From positions 372,001-436,000 of the forward strand of contig NW_020844363.1 in the NCBI RefSeq assembly GCF_003704095.1: 64,000 nucleotides of DNA, in the 5' to 3' direction. This document shows positions 12,541 to 26,600 of the stretch, piece by piece (position 1 is the first letter of the stretch; every line of letters starts with the position of its first letter). The DNA comes from Pocillopora damicornis. Its lineage: Eukaryota. A program made the position numbers and the translations under genes. The notes under the pieces are model-generated. The model was given only the letters and a program-made list of their open reading frames with translations. It did no database searches and was not told where the DNA came from.

Positions 12541-15500
12541 TAATGTTATGTTACAGTTTGTATAGTATTAAACTTAGTTTGAAGGACGGCGGGACACTAT
12601 GGGATTCGTTTGTGTCAACAGCTAGCTTGTTGCAGACATGTTTTGTGGCTCTCGAATTAAGACAACTCATTCATTTGAATAAGAATTTACAGTCCTCTTC
12701 AGCAAAGTATAACAGGTCACTGTTCGACAAAAATCTTTAACCTCTAATCGGAATCATCTTTGCAAACATCTTTGGAATCAAATTAAATCTCCGCCGGCTA
12801 AGGATAAGAGTTGGTGGAAAATTTCAAGTTTATATTTTGGCAAACAGGTGCAAGTTTCCTGGTTTAGTTACATCGTGTTTTGAGCTATTCTGAGCTATTT
12901 CGCGCATTCGTGGCTAAAACTGAAGTTCATTTAAGCTATTGCATGTTACAAACAATGAATGGGCACATTGTAGAGTGTTATTTTTCTCTTCTCTCCTCAA
13001 ATACTTTAACAGTTCCGGTTGCAAGGGCGGAAATATTGATTCTATTTTAACATTTTTAAAAAAGAGAAATTCACACAAAAGAATCAGCGCTAGGAATTCG
13101 GATTTCTTTTACTTTTAAAACTCTACATTACTTGAAAGTTCTTGTTTATCCCGTTTTTCTTATAAGGGAACTTAACTTTACATGCCGTAATGTATTTACA
13201 ACGTTTTCTCGCAATTTATTATTGTACTATATCAATATCCTTTATCGTTAATTATTGTAAACTGTAATCTAATTGTGATGTAAAATAAATAAAATGAAAT
13301 AGAAAACTTGAATAATAAACTCCTTTTCTCGTGTTACTTTAAATGTATACTTTCACTGGTATCGCTGAAGTAGTTACCAATCAGCGAAATCAAAGGTAAA
13401 GTATATCTGTGATTCTACGCATCAAAAATCAATTTCGTTTTTATCCCTGCAGCCGGCATCGGTCGCTGAAACTGGAAATCTGGTGGTTCTCGGGTGATAT
13501 CAGGCTCAAATCTTCCTCTCTGGCGGTCAAATGAAAATCTTTGGAATAAACTGATATCTTCAATTTATTCTATTGAAAAAAAGTATGATAGACTTAACAT
13601 TTGCGCGATAAGACCTAAAATTACCGAGAAAAGCTCAATAGCGAAAGAACAGTTAGACGGCATTTTAAATCAACACTTGAAGGTTATCTGTAAGTTCCAC
13701 TGCCATGTATTTTTTTGAACTAACTACATCCTGACAGCTGGCTTATCTTAGGTTATTCTCCCTGTGATTTGATAAAGATATTAGTTAAAAAATTATCAGG
13801 TTTTAAACTCATATTAACATGGTACGGAAGCGTTACAAGGTCGAGCTAAATCATGTGCGACAGCGGGTTCTACCCGTTTAAAATTTTTTAACCTTCACTG
13901 AAGTCTGGTGTCACTATATCTTAAAACTAACATTTCGTTCAATCCCTGGGTTTCGGTTTTTTTTTTCCTCCAAGACATTTCAAAACTTTCTTTCTTTCCA
14001 TCCGGAATGTGCAATTTCCAACCAATTTCTGTTCTAACCGATTAATCGATTTCCTATTAAACACCTCTTTGATTATAAACTGTGTATTGTGTTTGGTAAC
14101 AGAAGTGACTTACATTTGAGCGAAAGTTTCAGAACAGATTGAAACATTCTGTTTAACCAACAAAAATATTAATTTATTTACCTCAATATCCAATTCTTGC
14201 ACAGTCTAAATTCCTATTTTTCCCCATCAAAACAACCATGTTCAATTAAATATGAATTATTGTTTTTGTGTACCTGTACGTTTCGCTAGTTTAACTCAAA
14301 CATATGCGCTCGACCAGTTGAAAAGTGGAAAATAACTAGTGCCATTATGAAAGCACACCTCGCCAGATAAGCTTTATTTCTTCGACTTAAGTAAAGGAAT
14401 TGTGGCGAATAATTTCGCAAATAAAGTAAGTATTGAAAGGAAATTCTTATTGGTTATCATGAGAATAAAAGAATCAGTCAAATCAAGTAATTTTTTTTAA
14501 CCAGCATTGTTATAAAAATAATCCCTCTGCACGTTAATGAAGATCCGGTAGCATCTATTGAAGAGCAAGTAATCGCAGCCAGAATCATTTAACGGGAAGA
14601 ATAAACAGTGGATTATCCAAGACACATGAGTGATCGGCCTTGACTGTTATACAAAGACCTGCATCTGAAAATAACAAGATTTTAATCTTTGATTTACTTT
14701 TATGAGTACCTCCAGAAAGGGCCAACGGATTTCGAAATCGAATTGATTGATCAATAATATTGACACTTTTTAGCTGTATTCATAAATTCGTGTTGCCAAC
14801 ATTTATATATTGTTTAAATTCATTTTGAACAATGACCAGAAGATTCGAAAACCATTTGACATCCATTTCTATCGGATGACAGAAACAAGTCGGGTTTCCT
14901 ATTTTAGATAACGTTTCCGTCAAGAAGAAAAGAAAAGACATGTTTCTAGCCTGCAGTTTAGAAAAACTGCTTCATAATACCGAGATTTCATGATTAACGA
15001 TAAAAAATTTAAGTTGACTGGGAACATTTACAATACAAAGGCAAGGACGTCGTTAATTAGGAAGCTTCAATACACCCGCGCCTCGTCTTGGCAATCTCTT
15101 TGTGCACGATTTCTTTTTCATAGTGAAATAAATGGTTGTTTGATGATATGAAAAGTATTCTTAGCTTACAACGTTTCCAATCTCTCTAAACTAATTCGTT
15201 GTCTATATCAGTTATTCTCACAACCAGCTGTAAACAAAGTAACTTTAAAGTATAAGGCCAAATTAAATAAATCTAACGTTTTTTTCGACTTTAATTAATT
15301 TTAATGCATTGAAAAGGATGGATAACCTTTGTAATTCTCTTCTTATCAGGCGGGCCTCTATAAACAAAGATGTTTTGAACTCTGGGGAAAGTCTTGTTAT
15401 GTTCACCAACCGAAAAATAAACTCTCTTTTGTTCATTTAAAAATAATTCGTTAATCATTTTGTCCAGCCATTTTTAAGTCATTACTGCCTTCTTGACAGA

Positions 15501-15858
15501 ATGGAATCCGCTTTAAATGAAAGAAACATAACTTGTTATTCTCATACTTTCCGGAGGATTTTTTTTTTAAAATAAACCAGGCAGGTGACATGAAATTTAC
15601 TAAAGACTTTAAAGCAGAGAATATATTTGGGTTTTTTCGCACCAGAAACGTGACAAATGAGAACTTATTTATTATTTTATAGTTCATATGAAAGCTCATT
15701 TTTTAAGTCATTGTTAAATCTTCAATCGAAAGGGGAAGGAACTTACTAGTGATCTCCTTTGTCCTCCTTCAGTTTTAAATTGATGCGAATGTTGCACGGA
15801 GACAAAACACGAGGTTGGCGTCGATAAAGGACCACTTCCTTGTCAGTGCCGTTTAAGG

Positions 15859-18800
15859 ATGAAGGCAATTTTTGTGATGCTCTTGATGTTAAAAGCTGTG
15901 AGGTAAGTTCACCTAGAACATTGGGAAACGATTTATGGTCGTACTTTAAGTGATGTGAGTCAATGTTTACATGCACTCCAGTCTCAATGCACTGGAATTA
16001 TTCGCACGGTGAACATTCCAAGAGGATTCTTGGATTCAGGTCTAGTTCATAAAGCGAAACGAAAAGGCGACCGTGTTGTTGGTATAGTTGATAGAATACC
16101 CCGTAAAGTCGAAAAAAGTATATGATACTTTGATTCGGGTGAGGTGTTCCACTTGAGAATTAGATCAACTGATACAAAAACGTAATTGAACCTTGGGAAA
16201 CATCTCACGGCAGAGAGATTTCAGCGCTATAGTTGCTTTGAAAAAACAACCGCAAGACGTTAAACAAAAGAGGAGATATTTAATGAAAATCTACAGTCAT
16301 ACGGGGCTTAAGCTCTGATATAAGAAAACCCCTATGACCCTAAATTAGCAATAAAATTATGAAATTATTGAAAGGCAACCTCGGAATTACATTTGTTTAG
16401 GTTTTTCTAAGAGAAAATGACACTTAAGATTTTTAAGGTGTCCGGTTATAAATCAAAATGCAGATATCATTCGAGTAAAGACCATTTCAACTGAGCCATT
16501 TTTTCCATATGTTAAACATACTTCAGAATAACTAAGTGAACAATCGACCTGTCAGGCGAAACATGAAAGTTTCTCAAATGTAAAGTAAAGTTGTTTATTT
16601 TGGCTACATAAAAACATTTTCAGAGAAAGGTAAAGTCAGTTTTATGAATTATGAAAGGGTTCTGGTCTACCAAAGCTGATTTGTGTAACATGTAACCGAA
16701 ACAACAATAAAACCGTAGAAATAAAAATTTTCGTGCTCTTGAGTTCTTTAGGCATCTTGATTGTCCCTTCAGACGAGCTCTTAGTATCAGGTGCACGATT
16801 TAAAATTCTCTCACGAATTTCCAAATTGTCTTGGGCGACTTTAACATTCCTATCGTTATTTGATCATCCAAAATTTTATCATGCGAAATGATTTACAACG
16901 TGAAATAAAATGTGATTTGTAGTTTTTAAGACCAAGTCAGTGTGGTAACGTGTGATCGGCAAGGCATCTAAGATTATGACCGCTCTCTGAAAATTCAGGT
17001 GTTTCCCCAAGTTTGTTTCCAATCTCTATGCAGCTTGCGTACAGCAAATTGGTTTCTACGTCATGATAAACATAAGAGACTTAAACTGGAGCAGGATTAC
17101 CGCCCATGTAATATAACCTATTAATTAGTTGGATGCTTCTAGTTAGGGCGCGCAACGCACGTTATTGTTTACGTGGACGAAGACGAAGAATAGATAAAAG
17201 GAAATTAAAATAGTCATTTTACGTAAGAATCTGTGGGCAGACATTTCCTCCCATTGTAAAAAAGATAACCTGCCCACTCTGCACTGAGCGTATTTTCAAA
17301 GAACTTTTGAAATATGTTGACATATGCTGTTGCTATTTCAGTGTGAAAACTCTGCCTGAATTTAAATCCAGCAAAGAACCAGATAACAAGGCACGTGCAG
17401 ATGACGTAACTGATGACATTACTTTGGAATATCGTCCCGAGATATTAAGGAGAAATTTAATCAAATTATTCAACTTGACTGCACAGGACTTAGAACTAAG
17501 GTATGGAGTATTCTAATGTGTATGGGTGCGTAAGTATGTGTGGGTGTGGGAGGGAGGGAGGGGAGGGGAGGGAGAGAGAGTAGGTCATTTGTGTGGGACA
17601 ATAGGAAATGAGCCGAATAACCCAAAGTCAGCGTAGTATCAGCCGAAGCCAGAGCTAATTATGGCTCTTGCGGAACCCCCCCCCCCCCACCCCCTAAGCT
17701 CTTTTCCAGTTTCTTTATCAATGACACGATCACGCTGAAAATTTACATTCGTCCTATTAGCCCATCACAGATAACCACAGAACTTTTTCAGTCACGCGGT
17801 GAAAAATTATGTAAATTTATTTCAACAAAAGTAAATATTAACACAAGAAAAGCGGTTATAACCCGCGGGACTGATTAAGAGAATATCAACTGATATTCTC
17901 CTGGACTGACTTAGTGCGCCAACATGGCCGCCATTTTTTTGTTTAGGTTACCAATATGGATGCCCTTACGTTATGTGAAAACGATCTATTATATTCCTGG
18001 AAAGATTACCATTGTCCATTTCTACTCTCAGTTAGAGAGAGGAGAGAGGCTCCGTCGACCGTTGACATAGGCTCTGACTCTTGCCTGAAAACATAACAAA
18101 ATGATTTCTTCAGGGTTAGATTATGGAGCCTTTGATTTTGTCTCTCGATTTATCGGTTTCGAATATGGACAAAATAGGCAGGGATAATTTTTTTGCACCT
18201 ATCTGGCATATCTTGCCAAAGTACACAAAATACCCTGGTTGTGTAGTATTCTATAAGGGATTAACATAAAGTTAGTGTGACGAGGGATTGGCCAGATTCA
18301 CTTGTGGGATGCAGGATGAAAGACAATTTTAGGGCGGAACGCGATTTAAAGTACAGCGAGATTGGAAGCCCTATTTTTGATCCCTATTATCAGTTCTAAG
18401 CTTGTAGGAAGATTGATTTTTAATTAGCTGTCGGTATATCTCGAAACATCACCTGACATAAAACTTTCTTTAATCTTTTTTCCGAGTAGTAGATGATATT
18501 ATGTACTATGAACAAGTTTTATAGTAAAAAAGAGCAAAAATTTCCTTTAACACTTTGCGTAATCCGGTTACAGACTGCGAACGGTTTTAACATTTCGGGC
18601 AAACTTTGTATAAAGTATTTATACGGTTATGATGTAACCCCCAAATTTGTGTTTTGCTTCTCTTTTTGATTTGTATTCTTTTATCCTGTTAAATCTGTTA
18701 CACTTTCCACTCTGAGACAGAAATTTTACTCTTTCTTCTCTCTTGACAAGCCTGGCCTCTTCCAAACGGTTTGAAAATAATCGAATTTTGTTTTTATATT

Positions 18801-20915
18801 CCTAGTTATGAAACAATTTGGCCAGGGGGTCGTAGCACGATAACGCTAAAAAGGACACGTGGAAAATCTGGTGACAAGAAGTTATTGGATGTACCCCAGG
18901 TTACAACTGGTGAGAAGAGTGACCAAAAAAGCGCGACACAGAGCAGGTAAAAAGCAGTGCATTATTGACTTTAAGGAACAGATTTGTCCAGGCATATTTC
19001 TTGCGCTAAATGGAGGCTACTTTGTTGATTATCCTTCAAACATCTTTGCAACGCGTGGAACAAAACGTTACGAACAGCTTACCGTTTACGTTACGAACAG
19101 CTTACCGTTTACTGCGTTGCTCATTTTTCACTGTTCTACACCATGGATTTATGGACAAATGAATAAATTCCTAGTTCTGTAAGCAGCATTCGTCTTGAAT
19201 TAAATTTGAAACAGACTTTTATCGTATTGGGCATAAGGCCGAAAATTGGGCGATATCATTTGGGGAATATTTTTTTTTAGCTAGGGCATATCTAGTCACG
19301 TGACCCCTTTAAACCAATCGCGTGCGAGCAAAATCATTTTATAGCTCACTAAGATACGTATTAGGGAAGCCAAGAGTTACATCGACGGGTGTAACCTGAA
19401 GTTGACTACCATCTCGTCCAAGACAACTGGCAATTTTCCCCAGTCGTTTCATGGTATGGAAACCGGGGTAAGGTGTGGCGCTAATGAGTCACGTGGCTCA
19501 AAATGAATTGGAATTAATATGGGTCCACACTATCATTCCCAGGCAATGCTCGTGAGATTCTCATGAATGACATTTGTATCAATTTCTTTCTTGAAATCAC
19601 TAGAGGTACAACTCATAAGCTACAAGCTAAGCGAGTGATAATTCCACCAGACGAACGAAAACAGCTCCCTTCCTCCAGTAAGGCCCAGAAATCACCACAC
19701 TCAGCTGCTTGTAAAGTGTCTTGTAAAGGATTTTGCACCTGGTCTTGTTCAGGGACTTTGATAGGTCCGCATCACGTACTAACTAGCGCGCATTGTATCG
19801 ACGGAGTGGATGTCGCTACTCTTCAGGTTGGGTTTCTGGAGAGAAATGGCCGGCTACAGTGGTACGATGTGATGAAAGCGTCCATGCCACTACGATGGAA
19901 AATTACTAAGAAAAAATATGATTATGCCGTGCTTAAACTCAAAGGTCGGGCAAATCGTCGATCGTACGTCAGTGTCGTATCCGTGTCCCTGCCCAAAAAC
20001 TCGTTGATATCGATCACAGGTAAGCTAGGCGCTAGAAAGTATCGATCTTACTTCAGTGTCGTTCCATACCCTTACCCAAAGGAATGCTGAAAAAAAGTCC
20101 AGGTGACCTGGACGCTAATTGTTATAGTTTCGTACGGGAAACTTCAGGTCGCCAATGTCACTGTACCTGAGCGGTAGAAAAGCAACTGACAATGTTAAAA
20201 TCAGTAACTCATTGAAAACATTTTGAGCCGGTTATTTAAACAAAGTTTAGCCGTTGTTTAACAAAAACCATCTTCAATTTAGCCGAACCTTTTGTCTAAA
20301 CATTTATTTTTGTTGACAATGTCCAGATGACCTGAAGCCCACTGCTTGCATAAAACCGCGGTTCGGGTTACAGGCATCATGTAAATATAACCAACCCTTC
20401 GGGTTTAACACTTGTAAATATTCCCAAATTCTATATGGAAACTGCCCGGACCCACTTAATAAATCAATTAATCAGTTATTTATCTGTACGTCATTAAACA
20501 TTTTCGGTCATTTTTAAATGCTTGATACGGTGACCATAATTTTCGAAAAACAAAGAAGCACGAGCAAAAATCCACTTTTTTTTCACATCGTACTTCCTAA
20601 ATTGAATTTTTCATGTTTTTTTATTCGTAAGGATTTCCCGGTGACAAATCTCCTAGCAGTCTTTGGATCTCCAAATGTCGTGCAATCTTAGTGAGCAGCG
20701 GTCAGATTTGGAATAACTGTGACGTGGTGAGAGGGAGTTCGGGGTCAGGTGTTTTAGTAAAGGACAACAGCGGAGGGATAACTCGCACGGTTGTTGTCGG
20801 TGTACTGTCCGGCGAACAATCTGTACGAATTCGAGGACGTGTCAAGAGATTTAATGTAGCTGTTCATCTAACAGGGTCTAAGCTATCTCAGATTAATGAA
20901 TGGATAAATAAATAA
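15859..20915 (+). CDS. PRSS23: PRSS23/PRSS35-like secreted trypsin-fold serine protease, ~347 aa
   Basis: Exons 15859-15902 (signal peptide MKAIFVMLLMLKAV), 17342-17500, 18806-18946, 19604-20019, 20632-20915; phases close. LSYET prodomain motif, AKR|VIIPPDER processing site, triad TSAHC / DYAVL / GSSGSG. PRSS23 versus PRSS35 orthology cannot be resolved. Confidence 0.85.
17779..17989. mobile_element. Degenerate MITE-like element
   Basis: Imperfect inverted ends AGAACTTTTTCAGTCACG / CGTTATGTGAAAACGATCT, with internal CAACATGGCCGCC. Confidence 0.45.
19007..19340. repeat. Interspersed repeat in protease intron 3 with a 23-bp tandem duplication
   Basis: ACGTTACGAACAGCTTACCGTTT occurs twice at ~19065-19112. 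Ends AAATGGAGGCTA and GTCACGTGA...ACCAATCGCGTGCGAGC recalled as a coral repeat family. Confidence 0.45.
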
Positions 20916-23646
20916 AGCCTATTTTAAAGCTTGAGAAGGAGAAATTAAAAGCATTTAAAGGAGTAATTGTCCTGTTCCGTGATTTAATTTTTTAATTATA
21001 CCAATCCTCCCTTCGTATAACGAGATTATCACTGAATAACTTCAACCACAGGCAGCCCAAGCTCCAGCTATGAGATGATCATCTTGCTCAGTATGAGTCA
21101 TGTCAAAAATATAAGACCTTGTATGGGAATGTGTACAACCGCTCTTAGGAATAAAAAAAATACAGTCAAATTCTCAATAAATACCTCACCTTACTTTCAC
21201 AGTATATTAATTGTTTTGTGACTGCTTACTTTGTTGCAACAAGGCCATTTTGGCGAGTTGGCGGTCACAAAAAAGGCAATGCATGAAATGCACTTTGAAA
21301 GTAAGGCGAGGCATTTGATGAGAGTTTGACTGTATTTTTTTATTCCTAAGAACGGTCGTAAATATTCCCATACAAACTCTTATATTTTCGCCATTTCGCC
21401 AGTTAAAATTCCAAAAGATGTTCGATGGCTTTTTCAAGACTGTTTGTTTGTTGGTGATGTTGTAACACTGAAATTGAGCATTCTGCCACGGAAGCAAGAA
21501 GTCAAAATAATCATGGTAATAAACCAAATTTTTTTATATCTCGCTTACTTTTATTTTGTCAAACAAGCTAAGAATCTTCTACCACTGCCGTAACAGCGCC
21601 CTTGTTGTTGCAATGGCTCTTAATCTCCTTGTCAATAAATTTCCTACCTCCGGAAAACATTGAATTTTGTTCACTCTCCCATACTCCAAATTATTAAGTT
21701 AGCCTTCTTCCTTCCATATTTGCTAGGTTAAGAAACGTGACTATAAGCGAGACAGCCAAACCAAGCTCATGTGCCGTTGGTCATGCAACGTGTCTGGCAA
21801 AAGCAAAAAATATTACGACAATCGATTTCAGCTCTCTTTCTTGTGAAGTTCGTGTGTATGGGTCGACGTCGCTTCTCTGTGTTCCTGACATAGGTTATTA
21901 ACCTGGTAGTATTTCCGTGTAAGGAAAAAAACCGTGCTCGAGGTCTTAAGCGCGGTCTGAGGCTGTAGGACCGTACACAAGACAAATAACTTATTATTTT
22001 ATTTTTATGCTGGTTCGCTTTCCCATCCCTCCTCAATGGTTTGAGGAGGGATGGGACGGTAAGGCTCGCAAATCTCCCATCCTTCCCTACGATCGTCATA
22101 AACTTGATATCTGGCGCGATAAACAATAGACTTGAAATGCGACATCAATAGCAAATATTTCTCACTTTTAAATAGCTTCTTTTTATTGAATCTCAAGATA
22201 TGTTTTTTACAAGATTAGAAATGGTACAAAAAGATCTCATCTCCAGAATTTTTCCATACAATGTTCAAATCTGCATCCCGCAGGATTTATTAAATCGCGT
22301 ATAACTTTCAAACATTTTAAAAATCTTCCTTATAAAACTAAGGCAATCTTTCCACACTCAGAACTTCGTACGAAAAACAGTATATCGCATCAGGCCGCAT
22401 CTCAATATTTTGATAGTTATTTAGTGACAACTGCAATTCAAATGGAAAATAAAAGAAATTTAAAAGGCTCTGAACAATTCTTACTCAACAACACAATATC
22501 TGGGAAACACACCATAAAGTGCTAGTAAGCTCCCACGGCTGCAGGGTTTATTCTAGTGCGCGGCTTTGAGGAAGATTACCGCATAAAATTTGCGTTTATG
22601 GGCCAGTAAGACGCAAACGGTTGCGTCCAAGAAAAAGGCTCTTTCCGGGTACTTTTTTAAATTATCTGTTCAAAAATATAACTTACATCAGGATTAATAT
22701 AACAGCTCATATTTAAATTCTTTTCAAACCTCATAGCCTCTTCATGTCTCAATTGCTTATCTCTTCTTTGTTTCCTCACGGAAAAGACTCTTGAGGCGAA
22801 TTTGAAGACCTCTTTGGGTAGCCCCCTTTTTTAGGCCCCTATCACGAGAAAGGGTCCAACAAAACCTGAACGGGCCCACTGAACCTTCTTCTAGAATAAA
22901 GCTTGCAGCTGTCACACTTTACGGCTTCTAAAAGCCATTTAACCACCTTGGCGTGGCTCCCTGAGCTGCATTTTGTTACAGCATAACCAAATGGCCAAAA
23001 TAGCGATGACATAGTCATCATTAATTTTATTGCAAAAGCGAATGGCGAAAAGGGTCTTTCTTTTGCAGAGCAAAATCATTCTTGGTCTTCGTTTAACATC
23101 AAACTTTGGAAAATCAGAAACCTTTTATGTTTCGGTAGGCAGAAGTGAAACGAGGAGGAAATGGTAGAATAATCTTTACTGGAATGCAAAATCAACGATC
23201 AGGTCTCCGGTAAACGATAAGAAGCTCGACTGAAAACGTTTTGACTGGTATACAAAATCAACAATCGGATTTCTGGTAGGCGACGACACTTAGGTTTTCT
23301 CGCAGTAAAATACAGTTTGGTTTGCTGTTGGCTACTTTCTTCTTGAGTCACGACAACGCTTTTTGTCGAGTACATACTGAACAGTTTTTCCACGGAAACC
23401 TAATCATCTTTACATGTCCAGTTAAGACTGTTGTCACCGTATACCCTCTCTTTCCCCCCACCCGCCGTGATTGATGATTTTCATCAAGGTTCTCGGTCCC
23501 TGCTTTTCTATCAAGAGGTAACTTCTTCAGATTTCTTTAGCGAAGGGACCCATTTCAGCGACAGATCCAGCCTCACATCCAGCTTGTCATGTGACCTGAA
23601 TGTCAGGTAGCCTTCGAGACACGTGATGTGAAAACCAAGTGAAAAT

Positions 23647-26600
23647 TTAAACCTGGGTACATTTCACTCCGGGCAATCTGCCGCATGTTATCCACCAGTC
23701 CCATTGAACAAACACGGACGAGACCAGCGGGCAGCCAAGGCGAACTGTCTTTTCCCAGTCACGCACTTCGTTTCCCATTCGGTAATACATTTTAAATGTC
23801 ACCACTAGAGGATCCTACATGTTAAGAGAGTGAGAGAAAGAGGACATTCAGATTTTTGTGTGCAATTTCTTCATCCTGAATTCCAGCTTCCAGTCGTTCT
23901 CTGTTATTCTGTCAGATACGAACTTAAAACACAAGGAAAAAAGAGTTTGGAAAAAAAAATTTTAAAATAATCGGCTGTCGGGAGCGAGGAGGGGGGGGGG
24001 GGAAGGGTAAGGTATGTTTCTTGAAACCCTCACCCTATATCCGGCTGAAAGATTGATTGTTTTCCCACTTTAATCAGCCCTGATGCAAACAAACCTTCTT
24101 TGTTTGAGCTTCACCAAGTAAACTTCAATCAAACATTTACAACAAATAATGAAGTGGCATTGAGTAGAAATTAGTCCAGTGCAGAGTGTTTATCCACCCT
24201 GAACATAACCAAAACCTGGGGAGGGGTGGCAGGGGCAGTCTACTAACTCACCCCTTTTGGATGAATAGGCCAGCTAAGTATGTAAACTGAGTGCACTTTT
24301 GATTATATAGAAGATTATTAGAAATAGAGCACATACCAGTAACTTTTGTAGTCTAGACAACTGTACTACTTGTTCTAAAACTCCTCCATTTTCACCCAGG
24401 AGTTCACCAGAGAGAAGGCGAACTTTGCTCATGACAGGCTGCAAACAAATCCAAAACAGAAATCCCTAATCACACCTTCAAATTTTGAAAATCATAACTA
24501 CTTTTGAATCTACTGACAATCAGAGCTGGTTTACTCCTTGCATAAGGAGTTTGTCACTGGCTTTTTTCTATTACACATGGTGCTGTGTAAACTTAGGTAT
24601 TAGGATTCCATATTGCTTCTGCAGATGCTTGAGTTCTGCTATATCTGACTTATAAACCAATTATAGCACCTGAAAATCAGTGATCAATTAGTCAATGAAT
24701 CAAAGGCCCAATCAAAAAGTCAATCAATCAACGTATCTGTCAATAAATCAATCCATAATCCTATCACCCTATCACCTACTTAGTCAATCAATCAATGTAT
24801 CTGTCAATCAATCACTCTATAATCCTATCACCCACTTAGTCAATCAATCAATGTATCTGTCAATCAATCAATCTATAATCCTATCACCTACTTAGTCAAT
24901 CAACCAATCAATTAATCATGATTGATCAATTAACAACAAAAACACGTTACTGTTCTAAGAAATGTTTGAGGTTCAAGAGTAACACTGAGTTTGCAACTTA
25001 CCGTGGGTACTTGTAGATCCATCACAACTTCTTGTAGTGGAGCAGGATTTGTATTATGAGCAGAGATCTTAATTTCCATAACATTTGAAAACACAGGTCT
25101 GCATTCAAATGATATGACCAGTCCATCTTGGTCAATTGGTGGGATTTCATCTGGAAGATCTGCAGAAATTGTGAAACAAGAAAAATTCAAAAAGTGTGAT
25201 ACCACTTGAGGGGGGGTATGGACAATAATCTCCTACTCCACAAGTGTTCTTATTGCCCACCTCTTCTTCCCCCCTCCCCCCCCCCCCTTTCCTCTGATAC
25301 CTTTCCTCTAACCCCTTTACCCTTCCTGTAACATATCCTCTAAAAACATTCCTCCAGTCTTCTGTTGTGCTTTCCATGTGTATGGAAAACCTACTAATTT
25401 TGACCTAAAATTCAATGAGAGTCTCCTTCACTGGAAAAATTTCCAAACAATTACCAGTAGTTCCACTAGCTCCAAGGTTCTGCAAGCAACATTTGTTGTT
25501 GCAAAGTGCAGAACCCAGGCTCTTGTAGGTCATACCAAATGCATGCAAGAAAAACATGCTTATCTTGTTCCATTTTATCCGATGAAAAAAAGAAAAAAAA
25601 ATGGCTTTGTACTTTAACCAAAAGATTTTCTCTGTTTCACATGGAAATGGACAGCACCACTGCTACTCACAATGAGCCTGATTCCAGAGTTTCATTCGTT
25701 CCCCAAATTCCTCTGGCAGCAAATCTGGTACAATAGGATCAGTGAGTCGACAGTCTGCTACTGCATCACTCTCATGGCATGGTCTCTGGATCAGATTTCT
25801 GCTACTTGCACGGCTAACATCTGTTTAATACAAACAGAACAGAGTTCTCAGAAGTTCCAGGGTTCATTTCTTCATAGCAACTCAGATTGTTCTTTGTCCC
25901 ACAATTGTGCCAAATTGATAAACATCTTTCTTTGAGAATTTAAGAGTCAAAATGTCTTACCACGAGCGACATCCATAAGTATGAGCTCAATTCGCTCATT
26001 TCTTCTGATATGTCTCAGTAAATGTGTCGCATACAGGCCATTTGGCTGGTTTGGCTCTTCATATGCCTCCTGTTGGGAACAACTGATACAACAACCCAAG
26101 ATAAAATGATTAGTTCTCCCCTTCTAAATCAAAATAATAAGGTGTTGCTAATTCATAGACTCTCCCTCTCTATGGCATTATGCATTATTGTGGCATTAAT
26201 GAGAGGAGCTTGGGAAAGATTGGTGCCAGTCCCTTTATGTTTTCAAAATCAAATTAAAAAAAGGATGTTAATGTATTTGAGATAGCACTATCCCTCTATA
26301 AAACTGTTTTAAACTTGCTCTCAAAGGTACTAATCTCTATGTTGAATCACTAATCACCAAGTAAATCAATACAGGAGTTAAGGTTCTTTGTAAGAAGAGT
26401 TTCTGTGACAGTCATACTGCCTGCTGCTAGGCTACTGTCTAATCAGGAATATGCTTAGAATATATTCACCAATGAGTTGGCATTTCTTTAGATTCACACC
26501 AAAGTGGAAAACTAGTTATGACAGAAAGAAAGAGTTGGAATAACAAGTGGAAAAAGTAACTTTTCATAGGCCTAGCATAACTATACCAATAAAGAAATCT

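Noticed and set aside
21767-22126. 119-aa ORF
   Set aside because: Crosses a repeat remnant, non-ATG start, no splice or homology support.
24595-24669. Additional paracaspase exon after the TTTTCAG acceptor
   Set aside because: Immediate in-frame TAA; the Ig3 alignment is continuous without it.
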